The notes under the pieces are model-generated. The model made no database searches. It was given only the letters and a program-made list of their open reading frames with translations, and had not been told where the DNA came from. Shown one piece after another: positions 1 to 11,066 of a stretch of 64,000 nucleotides of DNA. Position numbers and translations under genes: made by a program. Numbering within the stretch: position 1 is the stretch's first letter; every line of letters starts with the position of its first letter. The DNA comes from Chrysomallon squamiferum (lineage: Eukaryota; Animalia; Mollusca). The stretch is from assembly GCA_012295275.1 (NCBI GenBank), contig CM022667.1, forward strand, positions 17,608,001 through 17,672,000, read 5' to 3'.

Positions 1-152
1 AGATTTTTGTACAAATGTTTCCTCGTACATCTGAATATTTCCATGCACCCGATCTCTGAGTATCAGTATTTTTTTTATATTTAGTTAGGACTTATTTAAC
101 AAATAGTGTCATGCAATGGTTAACTGAACTGCAAATTACAAATCAATATTAA

Positions 153-1419
153 GGGGACAAGTTTTTGAGATTCTGACATGACCATTTACAAATGTTATTC
201 ATCTTTCTATTCATACAAGTTAAAAAGTCCAAATAAATTTTATTATGTCCAAAAAAAATGCATTTTGTGAGGTGCCTGTCACTGAAATTTACACATTTTA
301 GCCAAATCCTGCATTTATTTCCAGGTTTTATTTTTGATATGTGTTTCTTGAAACGGCCATGAAAATTTACATTCTCATACCACTGGAAAGCCCCATTTTC
401 ACTGAGCATTATGGGAACAATGTTCTAAAAATAGACACAAAATTCATCGAGATATTCCTTCATTTAATGCGCCACCCTCTGAAAATATGAGAGAAAAAAT
501 TAAGATAGTGCCGCCCATGGATTGGTCACATGATATCACATGACTTGTTACCACATTCTGATTTGTTATCAGCATTATTTCCTGTGACACTGTTTACTTC
601 CATTCATGGACTTTTTGCCTTGAGTGTATTAAGATTTAATTTTTTGCAATCATGGAGACTTACTGTGGAAAGAAAACCAATACAAAATACAGATTTGGTA
701 AACAAAAGCTATTGGACACAACAATTACAGTCTGCACGAGAAAAACTGCAGAAAAGAACAAGAGACTGCTGAAACAAGTGATGTTATTGAAGAAATGGAA
801 TCAATCTTTCAGTGGCTGCTGGAGATCAGCATGCACCAGAAACTTCCCAAAAGAAAATTGGAACATGTTTTGGAAATTGATGATGAATATAAAGATCATT
901 GTCAATTTGTTAGTGATGATAGCTGTCTTCTTGTGAATTTTAAATGTTATTATGTTATTATAAGTTTCAATAACAAATGAGAATTAACTCTTTTTGCACT
1001 ACACAGTGTAATAACATCTAATAAAAAAGAGGTTTTTTAGATAAATGTTTCAGTTTTTTTAAAGAAGGAAATAGATACACACAGTTATCATAATAATTAT
1101 ACACATCACCCCAGTAGTTAGAACAAGTGGAAATATAGTTATTAATCTTTGTTCGCTATTTTCTCACATTTTGTTTTTCGTACTTTTTTTGTTGGTGCTA
1201 CATTAAAACTATACGCACTAGAGATCCCAAATTTGGAATATGTATTTTTATAAACAAACACTAGTAAATGACAAGAAGAAAATCTTGAAAATGTTATCCA
1301 TTCTTCTGATAATGTGTCAAGTACAAAAAAATACACGTGAAAATGTAATAATTTAAATCATTTCTTCTTGTTACTTTCTAGAAATACATGCTTCTGATGA
1401 ACCCCAGCAGTTTAAATAT

Positions 1420-1455
<36 letters not shown>

Positions 1456-1665
1456 TAGTTTGGGTTGGAGAGGTCCAGGAAACTGGGTACTAAAATGCAA
1501 AAAAAAAGAGCAAAAAATAAAAGTACCATTTGTCATAAAAATTAAGCTGGTACTAGTGTTTTATAGTAACAAATGGGGATTATTTCCCCAAGTTCCAATT
1601 CTGTAAGTATAAAATAAATAATAATAATAAAAAAACGGTTTTGGTTTTTTGCCTAGTTTGTCCCC
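153..1665 (+). mobile_element. Non-autonomous DNA transposon, Kolobok-like (TTAA TSD, GG...CC termini), in an AP1G1 intron
   Basis: TTAA|GGGGACAA at 149-160 and TTGTCCCC|TTAA at 1658-1669. Broken, overlapping Lys/Arg-rich ORF remnants at 652-980. A shorter relative lies at 55564-55981. Confidence 0.7.
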
Positions 1666-2727
1666 TTAATATATTTATTCTTTTGTATTTACACTAAATA
1701 AACAAAAATAATACTACAAAGTTTAATCACAATAACAAACATATTTTGTCAATTATATATGCAAGCAAACTCACAACAACAACAACAAAAAAAGCACAAA
1801 CTATTTTCTAACATGCAGAAATCAAATTAATACAATAAGATTTCACCTAATAATGAAAAATAAAGAAAAGAATGTGTGGGAAAACAATAAATATTTTCCT
1901 AATATAAACAACCACTGTGCTATAATTCTGCTCTAAATGTATCTATAGCGTAAAAAACAAAACTAATTATTCCTGTGGCATGACATCTAAAAATCTCGCT
2001 TCAAATTTAAGATCTTTTTTTCAGCACTGATCAAAACAATAACGTTCAGAGATTAAGAAAATAACAGAATATTAAAAAATAAAGCATTAAAATTAATAAA
2101 TAATAATAAATGGTTTTGTTACAAGTTATAATTTCTGATGAGTGAAATAAAAAAATTATAATTTAGATTAAAATCATTTATTAAACATTTTCTTTTTAGT
2201 AGAAACAACACCAACCATCTAAACCAAATGTTAAAATACTTTAAAAAAAATGAAAAGCTATTAATGTGTTTTAAATGTCAAACTCATGGCACTGTATCTA
2301 TAAATTTATTAAAAATGAAACCAATCAGAGTAGGCATTTCTTGAAGAAAAACAAAAACAAATTAACTTTTGTTTATTTGATATTTAAAACTGAAATATTT
2401 AGTAATTACAACAGCAGGCTTTTTCTGAAGACGTTTTTAAAACTCTTTTTTTTATCCATTTTATTAAAAATGTCTGTACTTTCTCATTTATCAGTATAAT
2501 TTTAAATTAAAAAGCAGATAAGTTCTTCAAACTTTCAATTTTGTTACATTAATTTATTGATTCATACAACTATTGAAATATTTTTAAGAAAATAGTTATA
2601 TAAATAATTAACATACATGATTTCCAGTCAAACTAAATTACAGTTAAGTATATAAAGAATGCCCATTCGGATCAGAGACATGCAGGTCATGCAGTATTAG
2701 TAATGAACAACTTACATTGTCACTAAC

Positions 2728-2804
2728 CTTTCTGAAGTGGTGCAGTGTGTCAGGGCTCCGCTCACACATCTCTGTTATAAGACACACTGCTGTCAACAGA
2801 ACAC
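2728..2804 (-). CDS. AP1G1: AP1G1 coding exon 5 (77 nt; alternative donor could extend it to 2716)
   Basis: tgacag|(G)[25 protein letters not shown]|gttagt. Confidence 0.95.
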
Positions 2805-4720
2805 CTGTCAAGTATATGTTGTTAAGTACAATGTTGGTAAACAAGATAATTAATATGATACAAGCTGATAAAAAAAAAAAAAATCGTTTACAAATGATCA
2901 ATATGAACTTCGTTTAGAACATAAAATTGTACTTCTTCAATATCTGCTGCAAGAAGACTTATAACATATTTATGCAGATGCAATAAAAAAAATTCTGATA
3001 ACTAAAGGTTGTTTTTTCTTTTTTTCTTCTTTGAAAACAATCAAACAAAAATAAATTATAAAGTAAGGAAATAATGACTGTATCTAAATTATCCTCAAAA
3101 AAGATGGAAAACAAAGACAAACCATGATTTTTCTCGTTGAGCAAAGAGCGTGTAGCTGGGATGTACATTTCCATGAGGTCAGGTACTTTGTGAATAATGC
3201 AGAAAGCACATAATATAGACTGAAAAAAAAATAAAACATTTTTAATAAACAAAATGAAAACAGAAAATAAGTGCAACATAAATGTAAATGAATAAAAAAA
3301 TAAATAAATAATAAATAAAATTAAAAATACAAAAAAATAAATGAGAAGTAAATGAAGGTTTGCATAGTGTGATATTTTCTTTTGATAAGTTAAAAAAAAA
3401 AGTATTTATTTTTTATATCAATATTTGACATCCCTATACTTGACCCATCAAATCCGAACCAACTTACTTTTTTCTTGACGTAAGCATTTGATGATTTGAT
3501 CATTTTCTCTATCTCCCCAGCAAGATCACGACTCATCTCAGTAGAACAGATGGCTCCGAGAGTACAGAGAGCAAGACTCTGTATGTACTGCGTCTGATGA
3601 CTCAGATCACTTTAATAAAACACCACAACTACTTATTTTATGTAAATAAATGATACAGAAATAATCAAAAAATTAATATTTTAACAGAACTATACATTTG
3701 GCAGAAAACTAGTTCAGTCCAAATATGCTAAAATTAAGAAAAGAAAATTTGAAATAAAAATTCAATTTTTTTTTTACAGAAAAGCACAAAGAAATGCAGA
3801 CTAACATGCCAACAAAATAAAATGAAGGCTACTTCTATTCTTAAAAAATAATTATCTCCTTTTTATGGCATACAAAAATATGGTATACTTTTTCAGTGAG
3901 TTTGTGACAAGTAAATGAACATCTTGTCTCTCATCCAGTAACAACATGGCACCCAGGTAACCAATCCTTTTATCTGTGAACCGAGGTGATGCTATCAGCT
4001 TTAAACACTCCAGCTATCATCAAAAAATAAATAATAATCTTTAATAAATGAATTCATGTATAAAAATCATTAGCTTTGTTAGAATAATACCTTTCGGAAA
4101 CAATTCTCAGTAAAAATGTTTATGATAAATGATATATTTTCTTATATCAGAACAATGTTTTATGTTCTTTCCCAAACAAAACATCTCATACATAATAAAA
4201 TAAACCAGCTGTAGATTGTAGAAATCTGTTTGTCCATACAGAAAATTCAACAATAAGTCATGAAAAAATAAAGTCCATATAATCTTATTGATTGGATGAC
4301 CCACAATAATTGGTACCATAAGAATAATCTATTTGAAAAAAAATAATTTACACTTTATATAGAAAAAGTAAGTAAATTAAAATTACATAATAAAATTTAT
4401 TTACTAATTAATAAAATCTCAAACCTTCGAAATATTCATTTAATGCATGCAAAAATTATTTAATTATATAACAAGTATTCTAATCAATTAATAGAGGTCA
4501 TAGTAAATTCAAGGCATACCTGTCCAAAGTGTGCAGGATACCCAAGCATGTGAATATACAGCAATTTGGCAACATTGCGACAGCGGTAGGTGTTGTCTTC
4601 ATCGCGAAATGAGTCTCTGATCATTGCACATTCTTTGTTCACCACAGATCTCTCATCTGCAGCAGTTCGTGCAGACCTGATCTCGCGAATTAAATCACGA
4701 AGACGTTTGGGTGTTGGCAT
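2728..4720 (-). CDS. AP1G1: AP-1 complex subunit gamma-1, N-terminal 214 aa (5 coding exons; gene continues past the left edge)
   Basis: Exons 4720-4520, 4013-3889, 3609-3468, 3219-3123 and 2804-2728 join via GT-AG in consistent phase to [18 protein letters not shown]...[36 protein letters not shown]...HHFRK, the adaptin-N region of gamma adaptin. Confidence 0.97.
3123..3219 (-). CDS. AP1G1: AP1G1 coding exon 4 (97 nt)
   Basis: ttttcag|[32 protein letters not shown](G)|gtttgt. Confidence 0.95.
3468..3609 (-). CDS. AP1G1: AP1G1 coding exon 3 (142 nt)
   Basis: ttaaag|[47 protein letters not shown]|gtaagt. Confidence 0.95.
3889..4013 (-). CDS. AP1G1: AP1G1 coding exon 2 (125 nt)
   Basis: gatag|[41 protein letters not shown](N)|gtatac. 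Confidence 0.95.
4520..4720 (-). CDS. AP1G1: AP1G1 first coding exon (exon 4726-4520, ATG at 4720)
   Basis: Acceptor tttcag|AGTGCC ATG; [13 protein letters not shown]...[11 protein letters not shown]; donor CAG|gtatgc. Confidence 0.96.
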
Positions 4721-6341
4721 GGCACTCTGAAACTGATAATAAAAATTTAAATTTAAAAAAAAAAAAAATGTATAACAGAAAATAAGTACTGTAAATTTAA
4801 TAAATTGTTAGATAATTCATACCTATTAAAATATGAAGTTATTTGACAAATGAAATATGCAATATATCCTGGTTATTTTTAATTGCAGAAAATAATTCAA
4901 AGAAATATATGACATATGGAGAAAAATATCATAAAAAAGGCTGAATAAATAGAAAAATAATAATATCTGCTTTATAAGTACAATTTCAGTAAAGCTGGTA
5001 TTTTACAATGTTTAAAAATAACAATTTGAAATGGTTATGTAATTAACCAGTAATTTTAGATATCCTACTACTGCTGAAATACAAGAAACACTGCTTAAAA
5101 TACTGTACCACATATAAATCCTAGTTTGCCATAATTATTTTAATATTATTTGCTTTCAATGAAAAGTTTCTCTCAAAATGTTATATTTAATAATGAAAAA
5201 AATGGCTACAAATGGATATTATAAGACTAAGAAGTAATTTAGTCTGCAAACAAGGTTAAGAAATGAAATTTACAAAACATCTTTGAAAAAATTAACAGTA
5301 ATTTAAAGTTCAAAAATAATAATAATAAAATAAAATAAAATAGTAATAAATAAATGATTATTTTAAGTCTTTATTTTTTTAAATGATTAAATAAGGTAAT
5401 TTTAACGTTTTGAGTGCACTTTTATACTGGCAGTACATTATTTTTAATATAGAATGCTATGTAATTTTTTACAGAATTAACAATTATTAAAGTCAATTTA
5501 AAAAAGGACTAATTGTTAATGCACTACACACAGGTATATATGTATATTTATATTGTGTAAGCACCAGTCACCATCTGTCAAGATTACATCCTTACCATAA
5601 TCACATATACATGTTAATATTTTGTTTATTCTTCTACTAATTTAATCAAAAGAAAGAATAATAATTATGATTATTATAACACAATAGAAGATAACATGAC
5701 AGCTACATTTCCAGCAGAATTACAGGTTTTGGAAGAGGTGAAGTGAAAGTGATTGATACGCTAATTAATGACAATAAAACTAATCTAGTCTAAACTGGAA
5801 CTTAGAAAGAAAAGAAATAAAGTGTATATATACTTGAGTTTATGCATGCTGTAATACCCATATTAACAGTAATCTGCTGTTCACTGAATGATATTACAAG
5901 TGACAATGAAACAGTCTGATAAATCTAGACCAATTATAATTTAAAATATACCAGTAAAAGAACTTTGTGTCAGTTTACTGTTAAGGTCTTTCAATCTGGT
6001 TAAAAGAATGTATGTATATATATATACATATATACTGAATAACCTTTTACTTAAGACACAGGCATTTTTTTACAAGATAAATAAAACTGTTTAGATATTT
6101 TGCTGGCAGCATTTGCTAATTGATCCATCTATCAACAAAACCTATGTCTTAAACAGTAAATGATTATTCAGTTTATCCTGCAAACCAGTAAAAAAATAAA
6201 TGAAGTAAAAATTAATACAGTTTATTTCAGAGTATATTTAATTAGTTTCATTTACAGCTTTGTGCTATAACCTAGTAAGGAACAAATTTTCTTTCATATT
6301 TTTAATAAAAATAAAGATCAATCATGAAATATAAAAAACTG

Positions 6342-6344
<3 letters not shown>

Positions 6345-6382
<38 letters not shown>
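6345..6382. repeat. (CA)n microsatellite in the AP1G1 5' intron
   Basis: Seen directly. Confidence 0.93.
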
Positions 6383-7659
6383 GAATGCAATTAACATAAA
6401 AAATTAAATAATAATAAAAATCTACCTTCCTCTGAACACGTATATTCACTAATTAACTAAGGCAAAATACTAAATCCTTTAAGTCTGAATCAAGCATTTT
6501 TACATTTTAATGGACATTCTTTTGCACTTATTAATATGTTAAAGTGAATTAAGGTTTACCATACATCATTTTCTTTATTTAAAAAAAAAAAAAAAACATT
6601 TCTTCTTTTTTCTCATTTTAAATTTCACATTATCATACAATGGAATAGTAATCTGCCATTTTGTTATTAAAATCATTTGTCATTATAATAGTTTAACTTG
6701 CTTAGGGTAAGAGGTCAGCGTACATTTGGTTTTTGACAACAATGGTTTATGATGATATCTTAAGCATTATCTCAAAGCTTTCTTTTTAAAAATAAAAAAA
6801 GAACAGTGAAGAAGAAAATAATCTATCTAGTCATCATCTCATTAGCATGTATTAGGATTGCAGGATAAATGCATATATAATTTGGTGATTATAATATTTG
6901 GTATTTGAACATATACAGGTTTGGATGTAACATACCATTTCGGATTAAAGTTGAAACCTAAAATAAACCAATGAGACAAATACATTTTTACAGAAATAAA
7001 AATAAAAATTAACAAAATAAAAATGCAATGCAATGCTTGAGAATAAAAAAATATATATGTCAGTCAATGCAAATATGATCATCTGCTGCCAACAGTTTTA
7101 GGTCAATAGCAAAACAATTAGAATAATAATTAAAAGAAATTATTTTCATAAAGGGTTTAAAACTAACTGTCTTTTTCTTTTCTCTCTATGTAATAATAAT
7201 AGTGCAAATGTATAGTGTTTTGTATTATGAAATGCACCTTTCTAATTAGGAAAGAACATACCAATGTCTTTTGAATGGCTCTGGAATAGGAAATGAATGC
7301 AGTGAATATACTGAGAACTTTGGAGAGAAACAAAAATGACCACTGGAGTGCATGGTCCTGAATCAAAACATTACCACTGTTTTAGTGGTTAAATGCTTTA
7401 TATATTATACAGTAATAAACCAAGGTCCTGGTACCAATATGTTACACTAGACGAAAAGTAATGAACTAAACTGATATGGCTGCAAAAATGTAGTTGTACA
7501 AGCATATTTTAATACAAAATGTAAACATAATGATGCTGTTTGACAATTTCTGACTGTCAGCTTAGGGAAATGACTATACCATTTTTTGTTGTTGTCTGGG
7601 TTACTATTTAGGGGAAAAAATCAGATAAATGCCATTAATAAAAACTTAAAAGGAAAGTG

Positions 7660-9460
7660 AAAAACCTCTTTATCAACGATTATATTTATAAATATAATGA
7701 TCATAATGATCATGAGATCATAACTGTCATTACGTAACAGGAAAACATCTGTTGTTGTTTTTCAAAAATGTACACCAAAATAAACGTAAGGTTATTTTCA
7801 AAGTCTCTAATATCGTAACTCTGTCAAAATACTACAATAACATGATACTGTCAAAAAACGAGACGGTCCATGTCTAGGCCCGGGGCTCAGCCTCAGGTAG
7901 GTGTGTACAGATGTCTTGGCAAGCAATTACCTTCTATGTACCAGAATGACACTTCAGGTAAACATCCAAGATGGCTCTAACGAACGGTTATAATTTCCGA
8001 CAATTTAAAAATACTGCAAAGTTTTTGTTAATTAACTGATCGATGCAATATTATTAAATTTTCTTCGTTTCCACCTTGGTATCTATCAAAGATGGCCGCT
8101 CCGGGTGTAAAGCTTTATTACTGCGCTTACTGAATATAGTCCATCTTTTCAGAACCAAATTCTTCTAGGTCATTATAATATAAAGGAAATTTTACACATT
8201 AACCTTCTTTAAGCGTATCTTTAATCAAAATACTTCAGATAATGTGTGCATTTTGTGCTATTCTTTTAAAAAGGTTATTGAGCGAAATAATAAGCAATTC
8301 GAAAGTAGTTCGCAAGACCCGTGGCAAGTGGTTTTGACGTCATATCCTATGAGGAAATGGTAATGGGAAACAACTCTTACAAAATAATTATCAAAATATA
8401 CTTGCCAGCAAAAATAGTGTGTATGAAGAAACATATTCATGTAATTAAATAAAACATGAATGGACATTGGAACATAACGCACTAAATTATAATAAATAAA
8501 ATAAACAAAACAACAGTATTTTAGAAAATTATATCAACAAGAAAACTAAGAATTTGTGTTAATAAAACGATCACACTTCAAAATAACGTTTCTGAATTAT
8601 ATTTTAATCAAATAAAAATATTAATAGTTATTAATTTTCTTTCATTTTCTATAACATTTAAGTGTCTTACCGATGTGGCTGAATATAGTAATGAACAAAC
8701 ACAACCTCATTAAATTAATGAAATTCGTATTCATAATAAATAAATAAATGAATTCTTGGAATATTATGAGTATTTACTTTCCACAAAGAAGTGGCAATCC
8801 TTCCTTTGCCCCAAGAAGGACGACCCAATGACTGACACTTCAGGGCCGACATTTGCAAAAACGCGCACTATTCTGCAACATGACGATACTTTTTTCTTCT
8901 TTTTTCTTTTTCTATGACACTTCCTCTGCGATTGCGCTTTCTCGCTTACTAAATGACGTCATACGTAACGTTATTAACAACTTAATATTAAGTTATTGAA
9001 TTGTTACTATCAGTAAAGGCAGCAATAGTAGCAGCAGCAGCGGTGGAACTAAAAATTATGTATAAAAATATCCAAAATATATTCTCAAACTTGTTTTATT
9101 TGTTAGCGTGTATTCTTAATTAATAATTCAGAAAAACAAATGAATACAGCAAGAAAATATCTGTACGCCGCCGTTTAGCTGTAGTCGTCAACAGATACAG
9201 CTATGCGCCAATGACGTAGTGACATCACTACTATGGTAGTGTATGGGTGAAATAAGTGCCTTTAAATATTCTGTATTTATTTTCATACTCTGTTACGATC
9301 GGTGACACATCCCTCCTTGGAAGTATAAAAATTTATTTTTGTTATTTTTATGATCATTTACTCATTATTAGTCTCATATGGTCATAGGACTAACATAAAA
9401 AAAAAAAAAAAAAAAAAACCTCTTTGTTCGACCGTGTAAATGTTATTAGCGAAATAAAAA
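7660..9460. promoter_or_regulatory. CpG-enriched promoter region of AP1G1
   Basis: CpG is visibly more frequent than in the CpG-depleted gene bodies. YY1-like AAGATGGCCGC 8089-8099 and CAAGATGGCT 7967-7976; palindromic CRE TGACGTCA at 8335-8342 and 8954-8961. Confidence 0.65.
7931..8100 (-). other. AP1G1: Probable non-coding first exon (5' UTR) of AP1G1; 5' end approximate
   Basis: Strong donor GAAG|GTAATT at 7931/7930 inside the CpG-rich segment, with two YY1-type GCCATCTT motifs. The coding exon at 4726 has an acceptor 6 nt before its ATG, so an upstream exon is expected. Confidence 0.6.
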
Positions 9461-9792
9461 CAAATTATGATTTTTAAAAATTATTTGAAAACTCCAGAAA
9501 CATGTTAAATAAAACAAATAACTGAATGGATTAATTACTGCAGTACTTTAATTAAAGGATGACTTTGTTGTGCCCTTGTTCTTTTTGGTGCTGGCTATGC
9601 AGGTCTAATCTCTCTTTCTCTCTCCAAATGATTTTGATATAATTTGAAATTAGTCCCCTCAGCATACATCTGGCTCCAATAATTGTGTGACGGAAACAGA
9701 GAATGTGAAAAATCAAATAGCAAATATGGTTATATAAGACACATTTCCGTGATTATATACATCCTCTTGAAATTAGTCAAAATAATAGAATA

Positions 9793-11066
9793 TAGGTAAG
9801 ATGGGGGTAATTTTGGCCACCGAGGTATATTATGACTTGCATCGCTATACTGTTCTGTCCAGATTTCTGGAACTTTGTTGATATAAATAGAACCTTCCTA
9901 TCTCTCATTAGAACAATCATGTAGGTAATCAGCCATTTACAAATGAAGTATAGTGGCCATGAAAGTAATTAACAACAGGGTTGTAAAAAGAGTGCATTTT
10001 GAGGTTTCAAAAGTGAGTTATTTTTTAGTCCTATAGATGTAAGGTTAGTGATATCTTATAACAGGTAAATATATAATCAGTTACTAAGTTCAGCAGAAGA
10101 AACTTGATTAATATGTGGTAATTAGGCAACAAATATGTGTTTTATTTTACTCCACCATTTGGGGCAATTCTGACCCCCATATTTGGTGGTGAAATCAATA
10201 GTTTTGGCATTGATATAGTCCTTTCTGAGTTTTATTTAAGTTTCTTGAAACAACTGAAAGTCCCATGGTCCATCTGGTGGGCCATGTTGTCAAACTTCAA
10301 ATAAAATCAAGAGGATAAGGTCTGTTGAGACACTGACAGAAGAAGAAACTGTTAAGAGGTATGAAGAAGAGTTGGCAGAGAAGAACAAGGAGGAAGAAAA
10401 GGCAAAGAAAACAAAGGCGAGAGAGGCAAAAGTACCCCAAAACCAGAAGAAGATATCAAAGTCAAAACAACACATCAGTTTGAATGCTACAGCAGAACTG
10501 GTGAATGACATCAATGAGTCTGAATTAGAAGACATAGATGTGGTAGATATACAAGAAAAATGTGAACTCTGTGGCAGAGTTGATGATGGAATGAATTCTG
10601 ATGAGTTCATAGGATGTGATGGGTGCCCAAACTGGTATTGTCTTGATCCTTGCACAAACCTCAAAATCCCAGATGGTGCAGACAGACATGAAAGATAATG
10701 TATTCCTGTGTCATATTTGTCAAGGAGTTTAGTTTATTGAAGTTTTGAATCTGACTTGTATTATGATTAGGACTATTATTAGTAGTAAACAATGATTACA
10801 TAGCAATAATCAGTACAAATTTTTGAGGATCAAAACATATCATGAATGTGGGGGCCAGATTTACCCCAAATCATCGGGGCAAATCTGGCAATTTTTAACC
10901 TGGTTCCCATTTCAAAAGTATAACCACTATGCATATAGTGTGTTTGTGTATTTTGAAGAAATAGATATACTACACATTATTCACTCCATTTTGTTGTTTT
11001 CTTGTCTGTGAAACTGTAGGTGAGGTTGAATGGAAAAGGGGGCCAGAACTACCCCACCTTATCCCA
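9793..11066 (+). mobile_element. Internally deleted pogo/DDE_1-type Tc1-mariner element
   Basis: Imperfect TIRs GGTAAGATGGGGGTAATTTTGGCC / GGCCAGAACTACCCCACCTTATCC, with internal copies of the GGGGCAA..TGGCC motif at ~10161, ~10850 and ~10877. Retains a transposase-like C-terminal ORF. Confidence 0.75.
10286..10698 (+). pseudogene. Transposase C-terminal remnant: K/E-rich helix plus PHD-like Cys cluster
   Basis: ...TLTEEETVKRYEEELAEKNKEEEKAKK...CELCGRVDDGMNSDEFIGCDGCPNWYCLDPC, similar to the tail of pogo-type DDE_1 transposases. No DDE core seen and no ATG start (the track ORF begins at TTG). Confidence 0.65.

Noticed and set aside
1370-1390. Possible 3-nt AP1G1 microexon (tttctag|AAA|gtaaca)
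   Set aside because: It lies inside the transposon, and such matches are expected by chance in AT-rich DNA.
5830-6440. Tiny AG..GT-bounded candidate exons in the AP1G1 5' intron (~5834-5848, ~6426-6431)
   Set aside because: Weak pyrimidine tracts and no in-frame contribution to the protein.
9281-9330. ATACTCTG start reminiscent of U5 snRNA
   Set aside because: No U5 loop-1 sequence (GCCTTTTAC) or Sm site follows.
10290-10664. 124-aa minus-strand ORF
   Set aside because: Antisense shadow of the transposase remnant.
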